From positions 1,179,497 to 1,211,496 of the forward strand of contig CP064993.1 in NCBI GenBank assembly GCA_016699955.1: a stretch of DNA of 32,000 bases, in the 5' to 3' direction. Positions 1-9,426 of the stretch are shown here, one piece after another (position 1 is the stretch's first letter; each line of letters opens with the position of its first letter). The notes below the pieces were generated by a model. It did no database searches. It was not told where the DNA came from and worked only from the letters and a program-made list of their open reading frames with translations. This DNA is from Candidatus Saccharimonadota bacterium. GTDB lineage: Bacteria; Patescibacteriota; Saccharimonadia; Saccharimonadales; UBA4665. The translations under genes and the position numbers were made by a program.

Positions 1-840
1 GCACAAAATATCCTGCTGAGTGTTCCTGAAGTACACCCATGGATCATTATTCTTCTTGTAGAGTAGTGCAGTTGAGCCACCACCGCTATCAATACTACCT
101 TGGCTGATCTGTGCTTTTTGGTAGCCACTTACTTTGCTGTCAGTAATTTTCAGATTCATAAGGACCGTCGATTGCTCTACATTGGGCATGGCACTAGCAA
201 TCGGTTGCGTTTTCGCGGCCGTTTCTTTGTATGCGTCAATACGCCCACAGCTAAGCCCAGTTGAGCTTGTTCGAGAGGCCGGTGCCTCAATGACACAAAT
301 CAACCCCCTACCTCTATATACGTCTGTTGCGGTACCATCATCTGTTTTACCGTTGGTTCCTGTTTTTGTTAGTCCAAAGTCTTTTAATATATCTGCTACT
401 TCTGTGCGGATTGTCGTATCTGCTTTACGTGGGAGAGTATCAGAATCCCAATTTACAGGACCAACCATTAAGAAAATACTTGAGCCACCATCATAATCCG
501 TGTAAAAGTTGTAGCCCTCAGCTTTTTGGGGTGGCGCACTCTTCGAGAGCCTGATACTCATCTCCCCTTGTTTTGGCTGGTTGTTTTCATCAATGTCTAG
601 AAGCTTATACTTTGATTCGTAGCTACTCTTTATTTTGGCAGTTACATCTTCTGGCTGAAGTGCTGCTGTGCTGTTGGTTCTTGTGGATTTATTTGCTTGC
701 GAAGAATTGGTCTGGTCTGTTTGTTTAACATTACCCCCCAGTCTATTAAAGGCAATCCAGCCTATAGTACCTACGAGACTAAGCACGAGTATCACAATTA
801 GTATTTCTACTATGCTAAAACCATCTTCATTTTTCTTCAT
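1..840 (-). CDS. Type IV pilin-like protein (prepilin N-terminal cleavage/methylation domain); 3' end runs off the window
   Basis: The minus frame is open from the ATG at 840-838 to position 1; I checked all 280 codons and found no stop. It is missing from the ORF track only because it has no stop inside the window. AAGGA lies 8 nt upstream of the ATG. The N-terminus MKKNEDGFSIVEILIVILVLSLVGTIGW is a short charged leader, then G/FSIVE, then a hydrophobic helix, which is the class III prepilin signal. Confidence 0.65.
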   Translation of the reverse strand, partial: MKKNEDGFSIVEILIVILVLSLVGTIGWIAFNRLGGNVKQTDQTNSSQANKSTRTNSTAALQPEDVTAKIKSSYESKYKLLDIDENNQPKQGEMSIRLSKSAPPQKAEGYNFYTDYDGGSSIFLMVGPVNWDSDTLPRKADTTIRTEVADILKDFGLTKTGTNGKTDDGTATDVYRGRGLICVIEAPASRTSSTGLSCGRIDAYKETAAKTQPIASAMPNVEQSTVLMNLKITDSKVSGYQKAQISQGSIDSGGGSTALLYKKNNDPWVYFRNTQQDILC

Positions 841-1014
841 AGAGCAATCCTTTATACGATAACTTAATCATAGCCGACATAAGACAACATTGAAAGACCC
901 TGGATTTTTCTGCACCGTAGGAATTTTTCGGATTCTGCGAAAAAAACCTCTACGCCTCTAAGGCTTAGCCTTTTTTGGTGGAAGTTAAGAATAGTTGCGC
1001 GGTCTTAACCCCAG

Positions 1015-1713
1015 CTAACTTAAGAACGTTGTATGGGGGAGGTTAAAGTTAAGAAGCTCCATGTCTAGGAGGAGGTCGACAACTATAATAACTGTGAGAA
1101 GCGTGAGGATTATCAGGGTTGTGAGCATTCGACGACGGCGTTTTATTTGGCCTATGGGGACAAAGTAGGTGCCGGCGGTAATATGTCGTTCAATTTCCAG
1201 TTCTTGAGCGGATTTTGAGTCTTCTTGCTTTTCAGGCACTTCGGTCGAACCCGGGTAACTGGTTTCTTCGGAATCGTCTGATTTCACCTGGGATTCGTCC
1301 TCATCAGATGTTGGTTTCATTTCGTGCAGCGGTGCAATGTGCAGTTTTTCTCGTTTTTGAGTCGGTTCTTCTTGAGGCACTTCTGGATCTTGCTCAGCTT
1401 CTACGGACTGAGTCGGTTTTTCGGTTTCTTTTGATTCGGCGACTTCTGCGCCTTGCCCTTCCGACGGTTCAGCCGCCGCGGCTGTGACTTCGCTATTTGT
1501 GGTATCAACTGGTATAAGGTTGCCTGCAGCCCGAGTTATTTTAGGCACACCACTTGGCGTGGCTGCCGCCTCACCAGACGGTTTTTCTACGCTTGCGCTT
1601 ACCCCTTCTCCCGCGTTAAGCATGGGGTCGGTCGTGAGTACAGAACGATTTGTGACAATAACCGGACGACCGGAAGTTGTTGGCGGTGTGTCGCTAGGAT
1701 GTACACCGTCCAT
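1015..1713 (-). CDS. Hypothetical acidic Pro/Thr/Glu-rich protein with a C-terminal transmembrane anchor
   Basis: Track ORF 1015..1776 starts at TTG and overlaps tpiA by 32 nt. The first ATG (1713) gives MDGVHPSDTPP.... The body is low-complexity and acidic, with a single C-terminal hydrophobic helix (LTTLIILTLLTVIIVVDLLL). No family recognised. Confidence 0.5.
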   Translation of the reverse strand: MDGVHPSDTPPTTSGRPVIVTNRSVLTTDPMLNAGEGVSASVEKPSGEAAATPSGVPKITRAAGNLIPVDTTNSEVTAAAAEPSEGQGAEVAESKETEKPTQSVEAEQDPEVPQEEPTQKREKLHIAPLHEMKPTSDEDESQVKSDDSEETSYPGSTEVPEKQEDSKSAQELEIERHITAGTYFVPIGQIKRRRRMLTTLIILTLLTVIIVVDLLLDMELLNFNLPHTTFLS

Positions 1714-1744
1714 GATTTTGGCTGTTTTTTTTGGGATTGCCACG

Positions 1745-2527
1745 TTACTTCCTCTCGGTTTGAACCTGGTACGCAATTTTTACAATCTCAGAAAATTGGT
1801 GGTAATTGAGACTCGCTGCACCTACTAAAACGCCGTCAACTTCCGGCAGCTCAAGATAGCTACGGACATCATGCTCGTTGACACTACCGCCATAAAGGAT
1901 GTGCATATTGTTGGCCGCTCGTTCGCCGTATAGTTCGCTGACTTGTAGGCGCATGTAACGAATCATGTCTTGAGCGTCACGAGGCTTGGCAATAATACCT
2001 TCGCCCGTACTGATGGCCCAAACGGGTTCGTAGGTAAGTACAATGGACTCTACTTCTTTGCTCGTAATATTCATCAGCGCCGTTGTGAGTTGGTCATGAA
2101 TGACTCTTTTGGCTTCACCTGCATCACGATCTTGCTTAGTTTCTCCTATGCAAATAATGGGGGATATGTCGTTGCGCATGGCCGCTTGAACTTTGTCCCG
2201 TACAACATCGAGCGTATCGCCAGCATTTAACCGCCGCCACGAGTGGCCGACAATGGCGTAATGCACGAGGTCTCCCAGCATGGCAAAACTGACTTCACCT
2301 GTACATGGCCCCTCGTCTTTATAAAACGCGTCTTGGGCAGCCAAACGAAAACGACGACGATCTATCTCGACGCTTAGCGGTTGGAGCGCGAGCATGCTCG
2401 GCGCTAACACGACCTCAACGTCACGGTGCGACGCAATTCGTTCACTCAGTCTATGTACAAGTAAGCTCGACTGATGCACGCTGAGGTGCATTTTCCAATT
2501 ACCGACAATGAGGAGTTTTTTATCCAT
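1745..2527 (-). CDS. tpiA: Triosephosphate isomerase
   Basis: 260 aa. Motifs are LIVGNWKMH at the N-terminus, the YEPVWAISTGEG active-site loop, and the YGGSV phosphate-binding motif. Confidence 0.95.
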   Translation of the reverse strand: MDKKLLIVGNWKMHLSVHQSSLLVHRLSERIASHRDVEVVLAPSMLALQPLSVEIDRRRFRLAAQDAFYKDEGPCTGEVSFAMLGDLVHYAIVGHSWRRLNAGDTLDVVRDKVQAAMRNDISPIICIGETKQDRDAGEAKRVIHDQLTTALMNITSKEVESIVLTYEPVWAISTGEGIIAKPRDAQDMIRYMRLQVSELYGERAANNMHILYGGSVNEHDVRSYLELPEVDGVLVGAASLNYHQFSEIVKIAYQVQTERK

Positions 2528-2648
2528 AATGCTTATGCCTTAGTATAGATTTTCATTTCACAATTTACAATTTTTATAAAAGTATCAATGGATTTCCACT
2601 GCATGGAGCGTAGAACTTTATAATTGTCTGGGCAACGAGCCAGGCTTT

Positions 2649-3938
2649 TCATTTGTTCTCCAGTGCTTCGACACCTGGCAATTTACGACCGCTCATCAAT
2701 TCTAGGCTGGCTCCGCCACCAGTGGAAACATGGTTAAAGCTTGCCGTTAGACCCCGGCTTTGCACAAAACCAACCGTATCCCCACCACCAACAATACTAA
2801 AAGGCTTGTTACCAAATTGCCCGAGCATCGCTTCTGTCAGAAGCTCGGTACCGTGCGCCGTTGGGCCAACTGGACCCTGCAACCCCTTTGTTTCTGTCAC
2901 GCCCATAGTGCCATTCCAAACCACGGTTTCGGCGAGCTGCAGCAGTCCGGCAATAAAAGCGCCGCTAAACGGGCCAATGTCCAGTAACATTTCATCCTCG
3001 GCTATCTGGCTGGCTTCGTGAACGGGTCGTTTTGGATAGGCCTCTATGTCGGCAATGACGTGCGCACTCCAGTCGACAATACGCGTCGGAGCAGCAGAGT
3101 CAAGTTTTTTGGCGACCACACCGTCTTGAGGTAAGTAAAACACAAAATCACGCTGTTTTTTTACCTCGGTAACTGTGTGCATGATTTCTTTGGCGAGAGG
3201 GAGATCATCTGGGTCGATTTTGCTTTTGCCAACCTTGAGGCCAGTGGCATGAAGAAACGTATTTGCCATAGCCCCACCAACAGCTACGGCGTCTGCAATA
3301 CCAAGAAATCGCTGCAATATTTCAATTTTATCGGCAATCTTCGCCCCGCCTATCACTGCTACAAGCGGACGTTTCGGGTTCTCCATGGCTCCAGATATGG
3401 TATCGACTTCTCTTTCGAGTAGTAAACCGGCCGCGCTCGGTAAATAATGTGTTACACCTTCGGTACTAGCATGCGCCCGATGCACCACGCCAAAGCCGTC
3501 CTGTACGAATATATCGGCCAGGCTAGCGAGCTGCTGGGCAAAGGTAGCATCGTTAGCTTCTTCTTCGGCATGAAAACGGAGATTTTCGAGCAGTAGCACT
3601 TGACCTGGCTGAAGATTGTTCACCGCCTTTTCGGCTCGTTCGCCCGTGCAATCCGGAACAAACTCTACCCCTGTTTCTAGGAACTTCCCAAGTGATTTTG
3701 CCACTGGAAAAAGGCTGTACTTTGGGTCTGGCTTACCGTCTGGTCGGCCGAGGTGAGAACAAAGTATGAGCGCGGCGCCATGCTCCAGAAGGTATTTGAG
3801 CGTTGGCACGCTTTGCTGGATACGATAGTCGTCCGTTATTTCACCCTTGTCGTTCAGCGGCACGTTGTAATCTGCCCGCACAAGGACTTTTTTGCCTGAA
3901 ACATCAATATCCCGAATTGTTTTTTTATTGAAGCTCAT
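2649..3938 (-). CDS. pgk: Phosphoglycerate kinase
   Basis: 429 aa. Carries KKVLVRADYNVPL, SHLGRPDG and the C-terminal STGGGASLE, all canonical PGK motifs. Confidence 0.95.
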   Translation of the reverse strand: MSFNKKTIRDIDVSGKKVLVRADYNVPLNDKGEITDDYRIQQSVPTLKYLLEHGAALILCSHLGRPDGKPDPKYSLFPVAKSLGKFLETGVEFVPDCTGERAEKAVNNLQPGQVLLLENLRFHAEEEANDATFAQQLASLADIFVQDGFGVVHRAHASTEGVTHYLPSAAGLLLEREVDTISGAMENPKRPLVAVIGGAKIADKIEILQRFLGIADAVAVGGAMANTFLHATGLKVGKSKIDPDDLPLAKEIMHTVTEVKKQRDFVFYLPQDGVVAKKLDSAAPTRIVDWSAHVIADIEAYPKRPVHEASQIAEDEMLLDIGPFSGAFIAGLLQLAETVVWNGTMGVTETKGLQGPVGPTAHGTELLTEAMLGQFGNKPFSIVGGGDTVGFVQSRGLTASFNHVSTGGGASLELMSGRKLPGVEALENK

Positions 3939-4042
3939 CTGCCCACCGAAATTAGGTTAGAGGTTATAGGTGAAAGAACTACAAACCTTATGCTTATTAC
4001 TATAGCGTATACCAACAGAATATTCTATCTTTACCTAACCTT

Positions 4043-5491
4043 TTAGTCGAGCTGGCGGATTTTGATAGTATCAGTTGTACCAACGACTCCAGGCTGCTTA
4101 CCACTCACCATGACAATGATATCGCCTTTGCTAAATACATGCTCGCGCTGCATGAAATCAGTGATTTTTTGGGCTGCACGAGCGCTGACTGGTCGCACGT
4201 AGCTTTTTACGTCGTAGACGATAGCAAGTTGTTGGGCGGTGCGATGGCTGTCTGTTACGGCAATTATCGGTACGTCTGGACGTTCAGAGGCAATGTTTAG
4301 CACAGTCGCACCGGTTTTGGTTTCGGCCACAATGGCGTTGGCGTGGATGCTTTCTGCCATTTTTATGACGCCACGGCTAATTGCCAGCTGGCGCGATGGA
4401 TGTTTTTCTGCCTGACTCCGAAATGTTACTCTCACCACACCGTGTTGCTGGGAATAATTGATAATTCTCTTCATAATCTTTACAGCTTCGTGCGGATATT
4501 TGCCCATGGCTGTTTCATCACTGAGCATGACGCAGTCAGCACCGAGGTATACAGCCGTGGCAACATCAGAAACTTCAGCACGACTTGGTTCTGGGGACTC
4601 GGTCATACTGCCGAGCATTTGTGTCGCGACAATGGTCGGTTTGCCGTACTGCAGCCCAAAACTGATAATTTGACGCTGTGCGACTGGTACAACTTCAGGA
4701 TTTACCTCAACTGCCATGTCACCACGAGCAACCATTGCCGCATCGGTCACCTGCATAATTTCTTCAATGTTGTCGATGGCAAGTTTGGTTTCAAGTTTAG
4801 CGATAATTTTAACGTCATACCCAAGGTTTTTTAGTATGCCCCGCATTGACTCGATATCCGCAGCAGACTGGATAAAGCTCATTGCGACATAGTCAATATC
4901 CTGTGTGCTGCCGTAAGCGAGGTCTGCCCTATCTTTTTCGGTTATGACGTCACCGCCAAAATCTGTATCTGGAAGGTTGATACCTTTGCGCTTAATCAAA
5001 ATGCCGTCGTTTTCTGCTTCACAATAAACTATTCCTTCGCGGACTGTCGTAATTTTGGTACGAATTTTGCCGTCAAAAATATACAACCTTTCCCCGCGTT
5101 TTACCTTGGAGCTTAAGTCGTACTGCGTTGGGATTATGCCTGTTTCGAGCCAGTTAGCATCGTAGCCTAGTTTGAGTGTCTGACCTTTTTGTACTGTGAT
5201 GATGTCGTCAAATTCACCGAGACGAATTTTGGGGCCCTGTAAATCTTGAATGATAGCAACAGGCTTTTTCAGCTCACGGCTGGCTTTGCGTATCCACGCT
5301 ATGTGCTGTGTCTTTTGAGGGTGATCGCCGTGGCTAAAATTGAGGCGCAAACCGTTGGCACCGTCTTCTATGAGGCGCTTGATAGCGGCATAACTATCGG
5401 TGGCAGGGCCTACTGTGGCAATGATTTTGGTACGTTTATAACGTTTAAGGGGCACAAAATGCTCGTGAGTTTGCGGAATCATACTTCTCAT
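4043..5491 (-). CDS. pyk: Pyruvate kinase
   Basis: 482 aa. Carries KIIATVGPAT, NFSHG, MVARGDMAVE and ATQMLGSM, typical pyruvate kinase signatures. Confidence 0.95.
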   Translation of the reverse strand: MRSMIPQTHEHFVPLKRYKRTKIIATVGPATDSYAAIKRLIEDGANGLRLNFSHGDHPQKTQHIAWIRKASRELKKPVAIIQDLQGPKIRLGEFDDIITVQKGQTLKLGYDANWLETGIIPTQYDLSSKVKRGERLYIFDGKIRTKITTVREGIVYCEAENDGILIKRKGINLPDTDFGGDVITEKDRADLAYGSTQDIDYVAMSFIQSAADIESMRGILKNLGYDVKIIAKLETKLAIDNIEEIMQVTDAAMVARGDMAVEVNPEVVPVAQRQIISFGLQYGKPTIVATQMLGSMTESPEPSRAEVSDVATAVYLGADCVMLSDETAMGKYPHEAVKIMKRIINYSQQHGVVRVTFRSQAEKHPSRQLAISRGVIKMAESIHANAIVAETKTGATVLNIASERPDVPIIAVTDSHRTAQQLAIVYDVKSYVRPVSARAAQKITDFMQREHVFSKGDIIVMVSGKQPGVVGTTDTIKIRQLD

Positions 5492-5656
5492 AGTTTACAC
5501 CATTCGCTGTCTGTGACAAATGTCACTGGGAAGTGTTTAGTAATCAGACGACTGCGACACCTAGATTAACACGAACTTGGAGTAAGCGCCGTGCGGGCTC
5601 GCGCGCCTAAAGCCTGGAGACGCTAACAGTGGTACATACAGCGAGCTGGAGCTGCT

Positions 5657-8029
5657 CTAGCGGCCGAGGCTTTCTTCGGTTTTCTTAAGGTCTATAGTAG
5701 TTTTGACGATAGTATCGGGCGCAAGAGAGATGCTGTCTATACCAAGTTCGACGAGAAAACGGGCAAACTCTGGGTAGTCCGAGGGAGCCTGGCCACAAAT
5801 GCCAATTTTGACGCCTTTTGCTTTGGCAACACGTACTACTTCGCGGATCATGACTTTTACCGCTTCGTTGTTCTCGTCGTAGTCATGCGCCACGGTGTGG
5901 TTGTCGCGGTCAACACCGAGTGTGAGCTGCGTTAGGTCGTTGCTGCCTATTGAGAACCCATCGAATCGCTCTGCAAACTGCTCGGCCAGGATGACGTTAC
6001 TTGGAATCTCACACATTACATACACCTGGAAGCCGTTTTCGCCGCGCCTTAGGCCGTTTTCTGCCATAATGGCGATTACTTTATCGGCTTCGTCGAGGTT
6101 ACGGCAAAATGGAACCATTGCCTTAATGTTGGTAAGTCCGAACTCATCACGGACTTTTTTGAGTGCCTTACATTCTAGTACAAATGCTTCTTTATATTCT
6201 GGACTGTAGTAACGACTAGCGCCCCGCCAGCCGATCATGGGGTTTTCTTCTTTCGGTTCAAATTGCACACCACCGATTAGACCAGCGTACTCGTTGGTTT
6301 TAAAGTCACTGAAACGAATAATGACATCATTTGGGTGAAACGCTGCGCCAATTATGGCAATACCCTCAGCCAACTTATCGACAAAGTATTGCGCTTTGTC
6401 GTCGTAGCCCTTGGTAAGCTCCTTGATTTGTGCTCGGACAGCCTTATCTTTCACTTCCGGAAAGCGTAGTAGCGCGAGTGGATGTATTTTTATATGGCTA
6501 TCGATAATGAACTCTTCACGTGCCAGCCCCACGCCGTCATTTGGAAGAAGCGAGTAGCTAAATGCGTGGTCCGGGGAGCCAATGTTCATCATAATTTTCG
6601 TTTTTGGCCGTTCAAGATTAGCAATGTCTGTTCTTTGAACCTCAAACTCAAGTATGCCGTCGTAAACCGTGCCTTCGTCACCACCGCTACCACAACTGAC
6701 TGTCAAATCTTGATCGTCGTGAATTAATTGTGATGCATTGCCAGTACCCACAACACAGGGTATGCCCAGCTCGCGGGAAACAATCGCTGCATGACAGGTG
6801 CGTCCACCTTTGTCGGTTACAATTGCGCTCGCAATTTGCATAATAGGCACCCAGTCGGGGTCAGTCATTTCGGTCACAAGCACGTCACCTTCTTTGAAAT
6901 CGTCGATGTCTTTGACGCTCATAATCTTGCTGGCCTTACCGCTACCAATTTTGCTACCGACGCTTGTGCCCTTAACGACCACGCGGCCTTCCTGCTTGAG
7001 CTTGTACTCTTCGACGACGTTGACATCGCGGCGCGACTGCACCGTTTCGGCACGGGCTTGGACAATGTACAGTTGCTTGTCGTCATCGTCTAGGGCCCAC
7101 TCAATATCCATCGGGTGACCGTAGTGTTGCTCGATAAGCATGCCCCAATGAGCCAGTGTTTTTACTTGTTCATCTGTAATACTAAAACGCTCTTGGTCAT
7201 GTACCGAAACATCGTTGTTTTTTGTACGGCTATTGCCAATAGGAATCATCTTCATTTTTTTGGTGCCAAGATGACGCTTCAAAATCGCCATAGTTGGCTT
7301 GAAGACTATAAACTCATCTGGGCTGACATGGCCCTGAACAATGTTTTCGCCAAGACCGTAAATGCTACTCACCACGACAGCGTTTTTGAAGCCGCTTTCA
7401 GTATCTATGGTAAACATGACACCGGCACATTCGCTGCGAACGGCAACCATTTGCTGTATGCCGACAGAGAGCGCCACTTTCATGTGGTCAAACCCGTTTG
7501 TCACGCGGTAGACAATGGCTCGGTCGGTGAAAAGGCTGGCAATACACTCTTTGACCGAACGGAGCACGTCCTGCTCACCAGATATGTTCAAAAATGTGGC
7601 CTGCTGCCCGGCAAATGATGCGTTTGGTAAGTCCTCTGCTGTGGCAGATGAGCGGATGGCAACCACCAGATCACCTTTGGGACGGCCGCATTTTTCGCTC
7701 AGCTCTTTGTAGCCGAGCAGTATTTCGTCTTGGAAGTCTTGCGGCATTTCTGCGGCAACAATCATGTCACGGATGATTTGTCCACGCTTGGCAAGCTCAG
7801 GAACATTTGTGACATCCAGCCCCTCGAGCGTTTTGGTAATCCCCTCACTTAAGCCAGCATCTTTCAAAAAGTAGCGGTAGGCATCGGCCGTTGTAGCGAC
7901 ACCATTTGGCAAATTAACCCCTTGCGGCCGTAGGTGATGGTACATTTCGCCTAAACTAGCGTTTTTGCCCCCCACCTGTGGAATATCGTTTATGCTCAGC
8001 TCTTCGAAGAACTTGAGGTATTTATACAT
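5657..8029 (-). CDS. ppsA: Phosphoenolpyruvate synthase (pyruvate, water dikinase)
   Basis: 790 aa. N-terminal ATP-grasp motif VGGKNASLGEM, phosphohistidine swivel motif GGRTCHAAIVSRELGIPCVVG, and a C-terminal PEP-utilising TIM barrel (FFSIGSNDLTQ-like FSIGSNDLTQLTLG). Confidence 0.9.
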   Translation of the reverse strand: MYKYLKFFEELSINDIPQVGGKNASLGEMYHHLRPQGVNLPNGVATTADAYRYFLKDAGLSEGITKTLEGLDVTNVPELAKRGQIIRDMIVAAEMPQDFQDEILLGYKELSEKCGRPKGDLVVAIRSSATAEDLPNASFAGQQATFLNISGEQDVLRSVKECIASLFTDRAIVYRVTNGFDHMKVALSVGIQQMVAVRSECAGVMFTIDTESGFKNAVVVSSIYGLGENIVQGHVSPDEFIVFKPTMAILKRHLGTKKMKMIPIGNSRTKNNDVSVHDQERFSITDEQVKTLAHWGMLIEQHYGHPMDIEWALDDDDKQLYIVQARAETVQSRRDVNVVEEYKLKQEGRVVVKGTSVGSKIGSGKASKIMSVKDIDDFKEGDVLVTEMTDPDWVPIMQIASAIVTDKGGRTCHAAIVSRELGIPCVVGTGNASQLIHDDQDLTVSCGSGGDEGTVYDGILEFEVQRTDIANLERPKTKIMMNIGSPDHAFSYSLLPNDGVGLAREEFIIDSHIKIHPLALLRFPEVKDKAVRAQIKELTKGYDDKAQYFVDKLAEGIAIIGAAFHPNDVIIRFSDFKTNEYAGLIGGVQFEPKEENPMIGWRGASRYYSPEYKEAFVLECKALKKVRDEFGLTNIKAMVPFCRNLDEADKVIAIMAENGLRRGENGFQVYVMCEIPSNVILAEQFAERFDGFSIGSNDLTQLTLGVDRDNHTVAHDYDENNEAVKVMIREVVRVAKAKGVKIGICGQAPSDYPEFARFLVELGIDSISLAPDTIVKTTIDLKKTEESLGR

Positions 8030-8119
8030 ATTGCTCGCCCACCTTTCAGATAGTAAGATTTTTTACTTTTTTATTCTTATGCTTTTATCATACCTCCAGG
8101 CCGAGTTATTTCAAAATAT

Positions 8120-8148
8120 TTGACATATCTAACAATTGTTGTTATAGT
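8120..8148 (+). promoter_or_regulatory. Near-consensus sigma70-type promoter giving a leaderless mRNA for the 8155 gene
   Basis: TTGACA (8120-8125), exactly 17 nt, then TATAGT (8143-8148). Only 6 nt separate the -10 from the ATG at 8155, so the predicted start site falls on the A of the ATG. No Shine-Dalgarno is possible. Confidence 0.5.
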
Positions 8149-8154
8149 GTACGC

Positions 8155-9399
8155 ATGCTAGGAATTCACACACCCCCAGAGAAAAATGAGTTGTTCGATG
8201 CTGTAATGGCACTTGAAACAATTCGACAAGATATTCAAGACAATGCAGCAGCTGCGAATGCATTATGTCAAATACCCCGAGAAATTATTGCTAATGATTC
8301 TGCGACTGACGAGGATCACAACCGTGCAAAATTTGACATTGCCACCGTAAGGCATGAGTTGCGCGAAACTCATAGGCTCATGCTTGCACCACGTTTTGCA
8401 TATATTATCAGGAGCTTATGGGGTAGGGGCAACATTGCAGGGACAGATGTGACTGATGAGCTGCGGGAAGCGATTACTAAAGCCTACCCAGAACACAGTA
8501 GCGGTGACCACGACGAGATCACCTCAAAGAGACGGGCATTTGCTGGTCTTGTCCTTGGCAGCGCGCTCAGTGGGGGTACGGCACGCGTTGATGGGACGTA
8601 TGCCGATACGCGACCATACACCGGTTACAAATTCTTTGTGACCGGTGAGTTACCGTCTGCCATAAAACCAATAATCCCGGAAAAAGATCCCCCGCTCCAG
8701 GTCGTAAAGGGCGAGCGTGACAAAATAGATCCATCAAAAATATGGGTAAACATTACTGACCCAAGAGCAGCCCTAGTGGAGAACTCAGCTGAAAGAATTA
8801 CGGGAAAGCGCAGCTTGCCTATAGCGGGTTGTGCATGGGATGATGCCGGAAAACTTGAGCATGTTATTTGGGCAGATGAATTGCAAACGACTGTATTAAG
8901 GGCTGACGATACTAAACAAAACCCTGTCGTAGAAGAAGTCTTTGAGTTAGACGGCGTAGAGTACACCGTTAAGCGGTTGTATCGATCAAACATTAATGGT
9001 GAACTGGTGCCGAGAGAGCTTGTTGTAGCTCGCAGTACCATAACTGATGAAACTACTGGCCAAGCCGTCACATACCTCCAATTGGCTTCACCTACAAGTG
9101 TGCACGGAATCTACGTCGGACCGAAAAGCGACACTTATAGAGTCAAGGACGATACTGTTGTAACATTCATACCCTCGGGTCGGCTTAGTATAGAAGAAGC
9201 ATTGCCGCAACCCATTCGAACCGAAGCTGAACAACCTAATGAAAGTACCGTTATGACCGATGAGGAAAAAGATATTATTCTGATTGCTGAAATAGCAGCT
9301 GGGCCACAAGGCTCAATATTTGATACTTTCCGCCCTATCACTGATGAGAAGGGCCGTACAATCATTCGACCAGACTTGACCGTAGGCAAGACCAACTAG
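8155..9399 (+). CDS. Hypothetical protein (414 aa), no family recognised
   Basis: Long clean ORF on the strand opposite to the flanking glycolysis genes, preceded by the promoter above. No motif I can name. Confidence 0.6.
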   Translation: MLGIHTPPEKNELFDAVMALETIRQDIQDNAAAANALCQIPREIIANDSATDEDHNRAKFDIATVRHELRETHRLMLAPRFAYIIRSLWGRGNIAGTDVTDELREAITKAYPEHSSGDHDEITSKRRAFAGLVLGSALSGGTARVDGTYADTRPYTGYKFFVTGELPSAIKPIIPEKDPPLQVVKGERDKIDPSKIWVNITDPRAALVENSAERITGKRSLPIAGCAWDDAGKLEHVIWADELQTTVLRADDTKQNPVVEEVFELDGVEYTVKRLYRSNINGELVPRELVVARSTITDETTGQAVTYLQLASPTSVHGIYVGPKSDTYRVKDDTVVTFIPSGRLSIEEALPQPIRTEAEQPNESTVMTDEEKDIILIAEIAAGPQGSIFDTFRPITDEKGRTIIRPDLTVGKTN

Positions 9400-9426
9400 G
9401 ACAAGCCGCCTGTGTCACAGGGGTAG

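Noticed and set aside
134-862. Three plus-strand track ORFs (134..496, 327..554, 668..862)
   Set aside because: All lie antisense to the uninterrupted 280-codon pilin-like frame, which has a proper RBS and a prepilin signal. Their sequences are low-complexity shadows with no motifs.
9409-9421. Short palindrome CCTGTGTCACAGG between two convergent genes, considered as a bidirectional terminator
   Set aside because: The stem is only 5-6 bp, the loop is 1-3 nt, and there is no flanking T or A run.
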